Assembly (NCBI RefSeq): GCF_001194135.2
Contig: NC_068983.1
Coordinates: 123,613,465 to 123,677,464 of the forward strand
Source of the DNA: Octopus bimaculoides
Taxonomy: Eukaryota
Reading direction: 5' to 3'
Length of the DNA: 64,000 nt
The position numbers and the translations under genes are program-made. Shown here one piece after another: positions 39,561 to 53,551 of the stretch (positions are counted from its first letter, which is position 1; every line of letters starts with the position of its first letter). The notes beneath the pieces were generated by a model. It was not told where the DNA came from, ran no database searches, and was given only the letters and a program-made list of their open reading frames with translations.

Positions 39561-41449
39561 GTCTCACTACCATGTCTCACTGCGTGATCTTAAGCTGAAT
39601 AAATACATAAAGCAGCAACTCGTTTTCATGCACACACACAAAACCACCCAAAAATACACACACGCACATATGCACAATTCTCTCAGTGCATTTGGTACAG
39701 TGTTTGATGATCAAACACAGACATTATAGGTTCAAATAGATCCCTTAGTTTTGTCTTGTCAAAGACTTGGTCACACTTTTAGAGCTAATACATTAATAAA
39801 ATGCATCCAGTACACTCCTAAAGTGGTGGGGTATTAAGACATCCACACCAAAAGAAAATGTACAAGTGAGACATGGTCTCCTGCCTACACTTAAGAGGGC
39901 AATAACCCCAAACAGGACTTGACTTGCAATATGACAACTTGCCTGACCCATACTCTCCCAGATATGGTCAGGAAACCAATTCTCAATTGTTCATTTTCTT
40001 TTTCTGTAGTTTTTACAGCTAGAGGCCCTTTCTACTTCACAGAATGTACTGGGTACATGTTATTGTGGCATCAGCACTAGTGAGATTGACTTGTACACAA
40101 CTATACAAAAGGGAGTCCTCACTGCTCTGTATTGTCTCTCGTCGTAGTAATGTGACTTATAGAGTAGGTAGATAAGAGGGTGATCACAGAAAATGAACTA
40201 GGATGAAAGAGGGAGAAAAAAAGAGTGGATATGAATGGGAAAAGTGAGTAGTTGAAATGAAACTGTGAAAAGGAGAGAAAAATTGGAATGACAATGCTCG
40301 AGAAGCAATGAAGTAGAAGTAATGCAGTAGAAACAGAGAATAATGAGAAAAGCAATAATCCTTTCTACTATAGTTACAAGGCCAACAATTTCAGAGGAGG
40401 GTTAAGTTGATTACATTGACACCAGTCTGGTTCTTATTATATCAACCCTGAAAGGATGGAAAGCAAAGTCAACCTTAGCAGCATTTGAACTCAGAATGTA
40501 AGGACAGACAATGTGCCACGAAGTATTTTGTCTGGTATGCTAATGATTCTGCCAGCTCACTGCCTTATTGAAAGAAGCAATAATAGTGTAATGTGAGAGA
40601 CAGAAAGTGAGTGATGGATGATTGTAGAAATACTGTTAGGAGAATGTGATTTATATCAGTAATAGGTTGCCTGGAAGAGAAGTATAGGCTATCAGTATAG
40701 AAGGGGTGTTAGTGTTAGCTTGAAAAGGAGAGTATGACTGGCTCATTGAGAGCAAAAAAGAGTGATGGCAAGCAACGCAAGAAGGTAACTGAGGAAGTGA
40801 ATCAGATGCTAAAGATTTAATGCAAATTCTTGTTATTCAGGCATTGTGATGAGAGAGAGACACTGTTAGTAGCAACATATTTGTAAGTAAGGACAAGAGG
40901 TTAAGTGGTGGATCATCATAGAAATGGTTAGTGGTGTAGAGAGTGCACTGGCTGGCATGGTGAACAAATAGGAAATGAGGGTATCAAATAGGCTAGATGT
41001 GTGGAGCAGATGGAGTATTAGCAGGTACAAAATGACAAGACACCCTGTTGTAGATATATGTTATCCCAACCTTCTTTCCTACACTTATTTACATATGTTT
41101 TTCCATGCCTGCACATGTGGATGAGTGATTTCTAGCACCACATGTTGCCTCTCATTACAGTTCTTTCTCACCTCCCTCATGAGATGGAGCATTTTGTAAT
41201 CATTCTTTACCACTTCAGTCTTCCTTTTCCACAAGTTCCATTTACTTTGCACATTTTGCACTTCCTTATACAGTTGTCACCTTCCTTGCCCATCCCATAC
41301 CCATTTCGGTGTTACCTTTTCCATGCATAATATATCTGATTCCTTTTATAGTCAGTTTTTCTCTCAGCTCATTTGTGTTCTGTTGTTTATGCATGCTAAC
41401 ATTCACTCAATGAAACATGCTTGCTTTATTTCTTTCTAGTTTTCATAAT

Positions 41450-42300
41450 TCTTTTATTGGCGGATAATGTAATCGTTCTCTGAACTTTTTCAAACCTGTT
41501 CTTTCTCTGGCTACTGCACTTTAAGAATATCTGCTCCATTTACTAAATAGGTTACTTAGGCAACAAAATCTATCAATTCTTTTGGTAGATTGTCTAGATA
41601 TTTAAGAAAATCTATTTTCAAAGTCCTTTTAGTGCTTATTACTCACATGTACTTTTTGCAATTAAAGTCTGCCTTCTCTGTCAACCTGCCTGTGATTTCA
41701 CTGCATGGCTTATGCATCCATTGTGCACAGAAAGTGCACCACATGGAATTTCTAATTACTTTTCTGCATACTAAGCAAGGTCATTTCCCTGATGGTCACA
41801 TAGTCCTGTCTTCTTTCCTATATACTAAAACTTTAGTTATTGCTAGGTTTATTTTAAGGCTTTCAATTCTAGGTTTTGTTTCCCTCTCTGGAATTTCTTC
41901 TCTAAGTCTTCTACAGATTCTGCTAAAAGAACTATGATATCAGTCTATAGGAATCCTTATGGACAATCAGATTTAAACTCCCCTGTTATGGCTTGAGTGA
42001 CTATAATAAACAGGAAAGTGTTGAATACTGAGCTTTACTGGGTTCTGCCTTCATGCTAAATTCATTGCTGAACTTATTGCTAACTCTCAACATGCTGACT
42101 ACCCCTCGGTACATGGCTTGTGTGGCCCTCACAAACTGTTTGTCTATCCCTCACTTCCATAGCAACCACAAGACCACAGAGTGAGGGTCCTGGTCAAAAG
42201 CCTTTTCAGGGGCTTACTCTTCACCAAATACTTCCCCTGCAGTTGCTTCTCTGAGAAGATGGCATCAATAGTTCCTCTTCTTGGTTCAAAGCCAAACTAT
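41450..42300 (-). mobile_element. Old, degenerate RTE LINE fragment
   Basis: NSMWCTFCAQWMHKPCSEITGRL-type remnant similar to the younger RTE copies; boundaries approximate. Confidence 0.6.
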
Positions 42301-42658
42301 CTTGTGCCTGCTAATCCTGTTCCTAGCTAATTTTGTAATAACTTTTTCTGTAATTATCATTCGAGCGAGGGCATTGCTAGAGCTGCTGGACTGGCTCCTG
42401 TGCAGGTGACACATAGAAACACCATTTGAGCGTGGCTGTTACCAGTACCATTTGACTGGCCCTCTTGCCGGTGGCACGTAAAAGCACCCACTACACTCTT
42501 GGAGTGGTTGGCGTTAGGAAGGGCATCCAGCTGTAGAAACACTGCTAGATCAGATTGGAGCCTGGTGCAGCCATCTGGCTCACCAGTCCCCAGTCAAACC
42601 GTCAAACCCATGACAGCATGGAAAGCGGTCGTTAAACGATGATGATGATGATGATGAT

Positions 42659-42698
<40 letters not shown>

Positions 42699-43570
42699 CA
42701 TATATATTGAGTATCTTACAGTTTCCATTTACAAAGTTTGGGTTGGCCCAGAGCTATAGTACAAGACATTTGTCCCGATTTCCAAGCAACAGGAATGAAC
42801 CTGAAACCATGTGGTTGGGAACAAACTTCTTAAAGCACATGACCACTCCTGTACATGTGTGTGTGTGTGTGTTTGTGTTTGTGCGTATAACTCCTTAACA
42901 AACTTGTAGGCCATTGTGTATTCTATTTCATCTCTATGTCATTCACCTCTTTGCACTTATTACATTCTCTTTTCCTTTGTCTGTATATATTATCTCTGTG
43001 TAATATTTTCTTGAGGTCAAAATTGAAACCTCACATCATATATATATGATTGTGCTGAAAAGTTTCTAACTTTGGATAAAAGAAAATACAGGAGAATCAG
43101 TTAATTATGATTTTATTCAACATATTCTCCTTTCAGATTCACACACTTATTGCAGCAGTTCTTCAATTTTTCTAAGCCTTGCAAATGAACTGGGGAGGCC
43201 ATTCACTATACCCTTAAAGCCAGGAACTTTTCAGCCCCACCCCCACCTAAACAATTTATAGTGATGAGTAAAGCTTGTTACAGTTAAATTGATACATGAA
43301 CCAGGTCAAAAATGTAGATAAAACTACAAAAGTGTTTCAATTATTTTTATCTCAGATGTTTCTTGTTTGGCTGCACCTGTAGAAATTTTAAAGTGTAATG
43401 TAAATCTTAAAACTTGGTGTATTCATATAAATTTCAACAATTTCAGGACAATGATTACTTTACAAAACTACCCCAATATGCCAAATCTGAAATCAATTGA
43501 AAAGTGGCAACCAAACAGAAAAATCCTTTATCTCTTCCTGTCATATTTATAGATATCTGTTGTTTTAGAT

Positions 43571-46074
43571 CAGAGGTCACTAAACTTTTTCCATAGTGGG
43601 CCAGATATAGCTAAAAGAATGCCAAGTGCAGGCCGGATAAATATTTTGTTCAATTCAGTACAATATAGAATACACTGAATGTACACAAAAAATAAAAACA
43701 GTCATCCTATTTATTTATCATCATCATCATCGTTTAACGTCCACTTTCCATGCTAACATGGGTTGGACGATTTGACTGAGGACTGGTGAAACCAGATGGC
43801 CACACCAGGCTCCAATCTGATTTGGCAGAGTTTCTACAGCTGGATGCCCTTCCTAATGCCAACCACTCTGAGAGTGTAGTGGGTGCTTTTACGTGTCACC
43901 CGCACGAAGGCCAGTCAGGTGGTACTGGCAATGAAAATACACAAAATAATAAAAACAATAAACATATTTTAATAATACCAAAATATTACCAATTTAGAAT
44001 TTTTAGAAACAGTGCACACATAGCTGAATTGCATAAAATGTAAGCAGCACAAAAGTTTTGCTTCCAAAATATCAACATTTGCTTTATGATTGCTGCAGCC
44101 AACCATAAGAATTGCTTTCAAATGTTCATCAGTGAACCTTGTTCAATGTATTGACTTCACTCACTTCATTTTTGAAAGAAGTTGCTCACAAACATAAGTT
44201 GTTCCAAAAACTGAGGCCATACCTGAGGCAATTTTTTTCAATTTTGAAAACTCATCAGGAGGCAAGCAGCAATAAAATTCAATGAGTTTTCCTTCTCTGT
44301 GCTTCTCTTTCAACAAGGTATTAGCTTACAAGTCAATAAACTCCAGTTGTAGTTCAGTTGGCATGTTATCAAGATTACAGCCAAAGGGATTCTCAAACAA
44401 AAGAATTTCATTCTCAATTCTGTCAAGATCTGAAAATCTTTGAGAAAAATGCTTATTTAAGTCCTGATTAATTTTTTCCANNNNNNNNNNGAAGTTTCCT
44501 CCTTCAAGTTGTGCTTCAAACAATGATAGCTTTTTCCGAAACGCTGTAATAATTCTGTAGAGATTACAGACAAGGTTATTCTTTCCTTGCAGTTTTAAAT
44601 TCAATTCATTCATATGAGAAGTGATGTCAACTAAAACTGACAACTTTGATAACCATGAAGGATCTGACAGCGGTGAATCAGCTCTATTCTTTTCAGTGAG
44701 AAAAAGATCTATTTCTCTTCTGAGCTTATAAAAACGAAACAGGATTTTACCACAACTGAGCCATCTTACTTCTGTGTAGTAAGGCAAGTCACAGAAATTA
44801 GAATCCATTTCTTCAAGGAAAGCCTGGAACTGTCAGCGATTAAGCCCATGATTCCGAATAAAGTTCACCACAGTTGTAACTGGTTTTAGTATGCAAGAAA
44901 TATCTAAGTGTTTTCCACGGAGTGCTTGCTGATGTATAATGCAGTGTATAAACAGCTTCTGGTAGTTGAAGCTCCTCCAACTTGGTCTGGATCTGCCCTA
45001 CCAAACCCTTCCTCACTCCTGCCATGTTTTTTCCTCCATCAACTGTAACACACCGAAGCTGATTTCATTGAAGGTTATAGTTTTCTGCATCTCTATGAAA
45101 ATATCTTCTCCAGTTGTTGTTCCACGTATACTGCAAACGGATGCCATTTCTTCTATAATCTCAAAGTTGCAATTAACACCACAAATGGATACAAGAAGCT
45201 GTGACGTACTAGAGAGATCAGTAGACTCATCCATTGCAAGAGAATACCACAAAAATTTCTTTGCTTTCTCATGTATCTGTAACTGTATTCTCTCCAATTT
45301 CTTCTGTTCTCTGCACAACTGAACTTGCTGAAAGGCTGATACAGCCAAACATGTTACCTTTTTCAGGACACAAGTCATTTGCTGCTTCCATCATGCACTC
45401 TTTTGTAAAGTTTCTGTCAGTAAATGGTTTTCCTCACTCTGCCAACTTATTCACTATTTTGTAACTTACACAAATGATAGATTCACTTCTAACAAACTTT
45501 TCCGTAAAGAAATTCCTTTGAGATTCCAAACTACGTTTCATAAATTCAGATTTCTTGGACTGCAACTTTCCAGAATATTTAGAATGTGTTGAGAGATGTT
45601 TTGCTTCATAGTGACGACGAATATTGTACTCTTTCATAACTGCAACACTTTCATTGCATATCTCAGGCAACTCGCTTACTGGTCATTTGTTTCCACAAAG
45701 AAGTACTTTTCTCCCCATTCTTTATTGAAAATGCGACATTCATCATCAACCTTTCTCTTCTTAGTAGCCATAACGATGGGTGAAGAAAAAACAAAAGCAG
45801 TCTTAGGCCTTGGCGTCAGATATTCTCGTTTTAATTGTAATCACTAATAACTGACAAGCCCGAGGCACATGTGATGTACTGTAGTAATTATTATGGAGCG
45901 TGAAATACATAGCGCGTGATGTGACAGACTCAGTATACATAGGACATGCGTAATCTAAGAAGTGTAGGAAGCAGTATAAAAACATTGTTTATTTTCTGCA
46001 GCATACGATGGCGGGCCGGACAAAGTGGCATCAAGGCCAGATCCGGCCTGTGAGCCATAGTTTGGTGACCCATG
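43571..46074 (-). mobile_element. Buster/Charlie-type hAT DNA transposon, near full length, decayed transposase
   Basis: TIRs CAGAGGTCACTAAACT and CATGGGTCACCAAACT; exact 8-bp TSD ttttagat at 43563-43570 and 46075-46082; transposase fragments with KEYNIRRHY, SLAMDESTD, HCIIHQ, VRWLS; an RTE 3'-end copy is inserted at about 43716-43932. Confidence 0.93.
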
Positions 46075-46102
46075 TTTTAGATTATAAGAAAAGTAAAATA
46101 TA

Positions 46103-46325
46103 CAAGGGGGTGCTGAAAAGTTCCTGGCTTTAAAGGTATCACAAAAGCCCTGGTTTGTGGCCCAACCTTCCAAGTTCTTTTACAGGGATTAGAAAACCTG
46201 AAGCTGAAGGACTGCTGCAATAAGTGTGTGAATTTGAGAGGGGAATATGTAGAATAAAATCATAATTAACTGATCCGCCTGTATTTTCTTTTACTTAAAG
46301 GTAGGAACTTTTCAGCACTCCCTCA
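46103..46325. mobile_element. Tc1/mariner-type MITE; related copies at about 35605-35860 and 43050-43235
   Basis: TIR ...GTGCTGAAAAGTTCCT with TA TSD. Confidence 0.8.
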
Positions 46326-47364
46326 TAGTTTTAACATCATATTTCTAATAATGAAGCAAAAACAAAAAGAAAAGTTAAAAAGAAAATGGGCCTACAAAAT
46401 GTCAGTTGTGCCATAACTGTTGTCAAGTTTTGAGGATGTGATTTGTAGAGGCTTTTTGTTATTTATCATTTTAAAGGTGCAGCAGATTTAGTTTTGTTTA
46501 GTTAAAAAGAGAGTGTTTGGTTTCTGGTGAATGAAGGAAGAAATTAACCTTTTATTTATACAGCAAGTCAGTCCAAATGAGGAAGATCAATGTTTGTGAC
46601 CTTGGCGAGCCATAGTGAGACTGATGCAGTCAGTGTTCAAGTAAACATTTTTAGGTCAGCATGTTTTCACTTAGTCGTAACAGTAGCAGAGAAGGCTGGG
46701 TTTGTGATGAATTTTTTGTTGTTGTTGTTTTCATAATGTTAGTAGAAGTGAAACCTATCATTTGTTTGCATGTGAAAGTAAAAGCAATAACTAGATGTGA
46801 TTTTATATATGAGCAACCTTAGTAAATGGACACACACGCGCACATATATATGGAGGGCTGACAACATCTTGTAAGATAGAGGGAGAAAGAGAGGTCCTGA
46901 TAATCACATAGATTTAGTTTTTGTTCATAGGTAAAATTAGGAGTGTGTCTTATGTGCTTCTGTTGTTTTTTATTTTTTATTCTATTAATATTTTATATTA
47001 CAAAGTGAACTGGCATGAATGGAGTTTCTACTCTTTGAAGGTACAAACATGATGTAACATAGGTTGTGCTATTTTACCTCAGCAGAATGTTGCATAAAGT
47101 ACAAGCATATGCTATTGGTGATTGCTTTAATGCTATGTTAATTTGTTTCATTCAGCTTACATTAATTAGATATTACTCTAAATGTTAAATTTTCTGCTCA
47201 AACTGTTTTTTGCTACTGTGATTTCTTTTGAATAGAAATATTTGAAATATCTGTTTCTGAACTGCCTTTCCCAGGATTTGAACTGGGATTGAAAGATGTA
47301 TTTCTATACAGGGGAAATTAAAGTATTTGTTCTTAGGATGGACTTATCCAAAAATAGATTGCTC

Positions 47365-48650
47365 AAGCCATAACAAAAGAATTCAAATCTGGCTGCCTCT
47401 GGGAGCTCCCCTATGTTGATGACCTTGTTCTTATAGCTGAATAAACTACATGACCTTGAGAAGAAATTTCAGATGTGGAAGCAAGGCCTGGAATCTTAGG
47501 GCCTTAGAGTTAATTTAGGAAAAACTGAAGTCCTAGTGAGTAGGAAAATGGACAAATCACAAGTCTTTTCATAGAGGTGGATCTGCTCGATATGTAAGAA
47601 GAAACTCCATATGTTGTACCCAGTGAAAGCTTGAGACACGTAAAAGGTGTAGCAGTATCACAGGAAGTTTAACAGAGAAAATAGTCTTTGTGTGTGTCAA
47701 TAATGCGATAAGCAATAAAAATGCACACACAATAGACTTCTTCAAATGCTCAGGGGGATCATTAGAAGTAGTAGATAGCTTCTGTTATCTAGGTAACAAA
47801 GTTAACAGTAGAGGAAGAAGTGCTGAAAGCATAGTTGCTAGAATAAGAACAGGTTGGGTGAAGTTCATAGAGCTTTTACCTTTGTTGGTAACTAAGGGTT
47901 TCTCCCTCAGAGTGAAAGGCAGATTGTATGATGCCTGTATATGTACAGCTAAGCTACAGGACAGTGAAACATGGGCTATGACTACAGAGGACTTACAAAG
48001 GCTTGAAAGAAATGAAGCTAGTATGCTCTGCTGGATGGGTAATGTCAGTGTGCACACACGACAGAGTGTAAATGATTTATGAGGAAAACCAGGTATAAGA
48101 GGCATTATATGTTGTGTGCAAGAGAGAACACTGCACTTGTTTGGTCATGTGATGTGCATGGATGAGGACAGCTGTGTAAAGAAGTGCTGATCTAATTGTA
48201 GAGAAAATCTGTGGAAGGGGTAGACCCAGGAAGATGTGGGACGAAGTAATGAGAGATCATCTTGAGATGCTGAGCCTCACTGAGGAAATGACATGGGACC
48301 AGGAGTTTTGTGGTGATTTGCTGTACTTGATAAGACACATGAAGCTAAGTAAAATCACAATCATCCATACATACAGGCTTGCTCTTTACAGTTGCCGGTG
48401 CCACATTAAATGCACACGTGCCTGTGCTGTGTAAATGCACCATGTGTAAAGGCACATAGAAAACACCCAGCACACTCTAAAGAGGTTGGCATTTGGAAAG
48501 GCATTCAGCTGTAGAAACCATGCCACAACAGACAATTGGAGTCTGGACAGCTCCTTTGCTGGCCATCTCTTGTCAACCCCCCCCCCNNNNNNNNNNNNNN
48601 NNNNNNNNNAACCCATGCTAGCATGGAAAATGGACATTAAATGATAAAAG
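47365..48650 (+). mobile_element. RTE-clade LINE 3' half
   Basis: RT/thumb remnants FCYLGNKV...WVKFIELLPLLVTKGFSLRVKGRLYDAC, followed by the family 3' UTR. Confidence 0.88.
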
Positions 48651-49599
48651 AATCATTGTTTGCTTTTGCTTTTCTTCAGCACTTTCATTCATCCTTTCAT
48701 ACTTTTTCTTTGTGAACTTCCAGTTCTCCACAGACTGATATACAGACAAGTCGCATGGCCAAAAACAGCCATCATTACAGCTATGCTGTTCACTTATCAA
48801 CAATAACTTGATATTTCAGTGTTACAATTTATTTTGAATAAATCTCTTGTTACCAAGCATCTATCAGATGTTGTTACACATCGTTGATCACAGTGCGTTT
48901 TTGCATTGTTTTAGCCTTCAAAGGATGCCAACCTGCTGGCTAGGCGAGCAGGCCAACATTCCCCACTTGATCAAAGAAGGACTGGAGCAATGTGAAATGA
49001 AGTGTTTTGCTCAAGTACACAACCCGTCACCCAGTCAGGGAATTGAACCCCAATCAAGCAATCTTGAGTGCAACAGCCTCTAACCACTAGGCCATGCATC
49101 TTCACATTTTGAATTATGTAGTTAGTGCAAAATAAACCAGCTTTGATAATTTTCATGAACATCTAAAACATGAACAGGTGCACAATTTATTGTTACAAGC
49201 CACCATCACAGCTTAAAATACTATTAAAATCCATCGCTGCTTTATGCTTTATATACCGGTGTATTAACAGTTTTACAAGCCATGCAGTTTTCAGTTACAC
49301 CATCCTTTGTCCACTGAAAGATTGCAGCTTTGTAGAAGCTGCAATGATACTATACCATGAGACTGTACCTGAAACCATATGATTGCAATGCGAGCTTCTA
49401 AATCACACAGTCATGTATAAGGTGTAAAAGTGTGTATTTGTGACTCACTGCTTGAGAACCAGTATGTTAGTTTGTTTAATAGAATAAGTACTAACATTTA
49501 CCCCTTTTAGCATTTAATCTGGCCATATTTGGCCCAGATATTTTACCTGTTTTATGTTAAAACTGACCAGATCCAACCTCTCACACATACAGTACAATG

Positions 49600-49988
49600 T
49601 TGTTGGCACTCCATCGGTTACGATGACGAGGGTTCCAGTTGATCCGATCAACGGAACAGCTTGCTCGTGAAATTAACGTGCAAGTGGCTGAGCACTCCAC
49701 AGACACGTGTACCCTTAACGTAATTCTCGGAAGAGATACAGCGTGACACAGAGTGTGACAAGGCTGGCCCCTTTTGAAATACAGGTACAACAGAAACAGG
49801 AAGATAGAGTGAGAGAAAGTTGTGGTGAAAGAGTACAGCAGGGATCACCACCACCCCCTACCGGAGCCTCGTGGAGCTTTAGGTGTTTTTCGCTCAATAA
49901 CCACTCACAACACCTGGTCTGGGAATCGAAACCGCGATCCTACAACCGCGAGTCCGCTGCCCTAACCACTGGGCCATTGCGCCTCCAC
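49600..49988 (-). mobile_element. tRNA(Arg)-like SINE inserted in a piggyBac-type MITE
   Basis: Head GGAGGCGCAATGGCCCAGTGGTTAGGGCAGCGGACTCGCGG with A and B boxes; homologous to 20416-20786; MITE halves at about 49500-49590 and 49990-50130. Confidence 0.85.
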
Positions 49989-50496
49989 ACATATAGTACA
50001 ATGTCATTTTAAAAATATACAAGCTCACCACTGGAATCTTGAAGCTACAAAGTAATGCACAATTAATTCAAAACAATGTGAGTCAATAAGTATCACATTT
50101 GACAGAGTAAACTGAATGGTAAAGGGTTAAAAAATATAAGTCCTGGATTTGAGGTGACCAACTAAAACCTTTCATGGTGGTGCTCCAGCATGGTGGTGCT
50201 CCAGCATGGTGGTGCTCCAGCATGGTGGTGCTCCAGTGACTGGAACTAGTAAAAAAATTAGAGGATATATGAAAATATTCATTTATTCTTTTTCAAGTTT
50301 CAGTCGTTTTGAATGCGGCCATGCTGGAGCACTGCCTTAAAGGGTTTTAGTTGAAGAAATCAACCCCAGGATTTATTCTTTGTAAGCCTAGTACTTATTC
50401 TATCAGTCTCTTTTGCTGAACTGCTAAGTTATGGGGACCATAAACACACCAACATCAGTTGTCAAGCGATGCTGGGGAGACAAACACAGACACCTA

Positions 50497-50536
<40 letters not shown>

Positions 50537-51282
50537 GGGCTTCTTTCAGTTTCCATCTACCAAATCCACTCACAAGGCTTTGGTCAGCCCGAGGCTATAT
50601 TTAAAGACACTTGCTCAAGGTGCCACGTAGTGGGACTGAACCTGGAACCATATGGTTGGGAAGCAAACTTCTTACAACATAGCCATATGGAGATTAAAAA
50701 ATATATTTTTGTCACTACTACTGACTGTGCATGTGCAGAAGTTGATTACCACTAGTAATCAATAGACCTACTAGAAATAACAGCCATTATGTCCCTCAAA
50801 TCCCACCCTGCAATCTTAATAAGGACACGTTAGATAATGTAGTCCTGCTGCTTCTAGCTGCATTCTCATTGTGGTTTGCCATCATAAAAAGGACACATGA
50901 GATAATATAAATGTTCAGCTAAAAAAAAAAAATAGCAGCTAAATCTCTCTTAAATGATATTCATCATGTTGGATAAAAAAAGAACATATTGGAGAATGTG
51001 GTCTTGGCAATGTATGCTTCAGGAAAGAAACATGGCAGTGACAGCTGAAATGTCTTTGGTCATAGGTCTGAAAGGAAGCATTAACTGGTTGAAGAGTAAA
51101 ATAACCAAATAGATAATATATTTAAAAAAAAAAGAGAAAACAGTATTTCATTGTTTTTTTTTTCAACTCAAATTCTTCATTTGCACACTGAAGTCTTCTT
51201 GCTTCAGTTCAATAGTTACCAGGTTCTCCAGGAATATTCTCAAGAAGAGATTTCAGCCCTCTCAGGGTTTAGGAGGGTTCTT

Positions 51283-51329
<47 letters not shown>

Positions 51330-52917
51330 GTGATATGTCCCCCATTATGACAACATATTTTGTCATCTGTATGACTGGCTCGAACAGCATACCTCACTGA
51401 CTGACACTACTTACTGAGTCTGCCCACTATTTATTAGTTGTAGACCAGCCCACTTCTCACCTGGGGGTGTCTGCCACAACATCTCCACTCTTTGAGATGT
51501 TTTTCTCTTCTTTCAACACATTATGTTTTTTTTAATTTTCATTTCTTTTTCTTCCAACCACAATTATTTTTCTCTTCTTATTTAGGTTTTTTTCTATTTC
51601 CACACAGAATTATATTTTGTTTTTTTTCAAAATGCCACAGGTAGTACCAGTCTGCATTATTTACCGGTAACACTATTAACATATAGTTACCTGACTTAAA
51701 TCCTTTGAATGGACTTATTATTATTTTTTGCTCCACACAGAACCATTTATTTTCTTTCAAAATGCTGCAGGTAGTACCAGTGCTATTAACATATAGCAAC
51801 CTGACTTAAATCCTTCATACGAACTTATATAATTTTTCACTGCATGTAGTTCAGTTCTGTGTTAGAGTTCCAATTTTATCAGACATTTTTTTCTTCAGAA
51901 TCTTTTTTTATATATTCATTGTGTGAAGTTCAAGTCTGTGTTAGAGTTCCAGTTTTGTCAGACATTTTTTTTCTTCAGAATTCTTTTCATATATTTTTCA
52001 CTGTGTGAAGTTCAAATCCCACCTCTGGATTTTTAACATTTTTCCACTGTATGAGCTCTGAATGCTCGTTGCCATTGATGTGTCCCGCATTATGATGACG
52101 TATTTCATCTTCTGCGTGACTGGCCCAAACAGCATACCTCGCTGACTGTAATTCTTTTTATTTGGCACCTAGGACATGACACAGAGGGGACAGCACAAGG
52201 ACAGACAGAACACCACTGGCTGAGCACTCTCACAGGCACACACACCCTTAAATATAGTTCTCAGGGAGATACAGCGTGACACAGAATGTGACATGACCAG
52301 CCCTACTCATTTTTGCCAGCTGATTGAATTGGAGCAATGTGGAATAAAATCTGCTCAAGGACATATCATGCTTCTGGGAATTGAACCCATGACCTTACAA
52401 ATGTGAGCAGATTACTGTTAACCACTAAGCCATGTGCCTTCACAAATAAGCATTGCATCTGACAGAATAACCTGAATGCTAAAGGGGAAGTTCATTTTAC
52501 AGCCATATGGTTTTGGATTCAGTCCCATTGTATAGTATCTTGGCAAGGATGTTTTCTACTATAGCCTTAAGCTATAGTAGAAACTGGATAAAGTCTGTGT
52601 GTGTGTGTGTGTGAATGTTTATATTCTGCATTTTACATGAAAAAATGTGCTGAACTGTGAAGAGTGAAGTTTGTTGACATTTCCCTGTCAACAAGTCATC
52701 TGATTGTTTTGTGCTTTCAAAGACAAGTGGAATGGAAATTTCTTGAGTTAAAAAATAGGTAACATTTAAGGACAGGAAGGGCATGCAACTATAAAAGAAT
52801 GTCTCAGTAATATGCATTCATCTAACTCATGCTAGTATGAAAAAACATGTAAAAACAAAAGAATGAGCTTCTTACATTATTTACATTTGACAGATATTTG
52901 TCATCTTGTTTGTTGTT

Positions 52918-52963
52918 AACACAACTTTTCAGCTGATATACCCTCCAGCCTTCATCAGGTGTC
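52918..52963 (-). ncRNA. Hammerhead ribozyme motif, degenerate copy
   Basis: Same motif with CAGCT instead of CAGCC and GAAAAGTT instead of GAAACGTT. Confidence 0.65.
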
Positions 52964-53127
52964 TTGGGGAAATTTCAAACCTAGGTTCTCATTCCTAAGG
53001 TATATTTCGATGTTATTATTATTCAGGTCACTGCCTGGAATTGAACTTGGAATCTTGGGGTTGGTAGCCCGTGCTCTTAACCACTATGCCATATGCCCGT
53101 AGGCAATTATGGAGTGAATTTTAGGGC

Positions 53128-53427
53128 TTATAAATCTAATATTTTTCTATCCTTCCTTAATACCAGTTCCCATATGCTATTCATATCTGCACTCAGTCTG
53201 CTTAGGAGGTTGTTGTGTCCTAGCATATGTGTTGCTTCTTTTAGGTTTTATATTTTCCAGTGGTGTTCTCTGTCTATTATTTTAACTTCATCCTACAGGG
53301 TGAGGTGGTCTCCATTTTTCCACACATGATCAGCTATACCCAATTTATCAATATCTCCTCGCGTCACAGCTTAGCAATGTTCTTCTACCCTTATTTTGAG
53401 GGAGCGGCATGTTTTGCCTTTGTATAA
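53128..53427 (-). pseudogene. Penelope-type GIY-YIG endonuclease C-terminal remnant
   Basis: One frame: LYKGKTCRSLKIRVEEHC*AVTRGDIDKLGIADHVWKNGDHLTL*DEVKIIDREHHWKI*NLKEATHMLGHNNLLSRLSADMNSIWELVLRKDRKILDL*. Has the Y-x-G-x-T-x-R-x-L-x-x-R-x-x-E-H and KEA motifs, with three premature stops. Confidence 0.85.
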
Positions 53428-53551
53428 CCTTTGGTTAAGAGCACGGGCTACTAACCCCAAGATTCTGAGTTCGATTCCAGGCAGTGACCTGAATAATAAT
53501 AATATCGAAAAATACCTTAGGAATGAGAACCCAGGTTCAAAATTTCCCCAA

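Noticed and set aside
53020-53098. tRNA-like sequences here and in SINE heads as true tRNA genes
   Set aside because: No complete acceptor stem or terminator, the anticodon differs between copies (ACT versus ACC), and all lie within repeats
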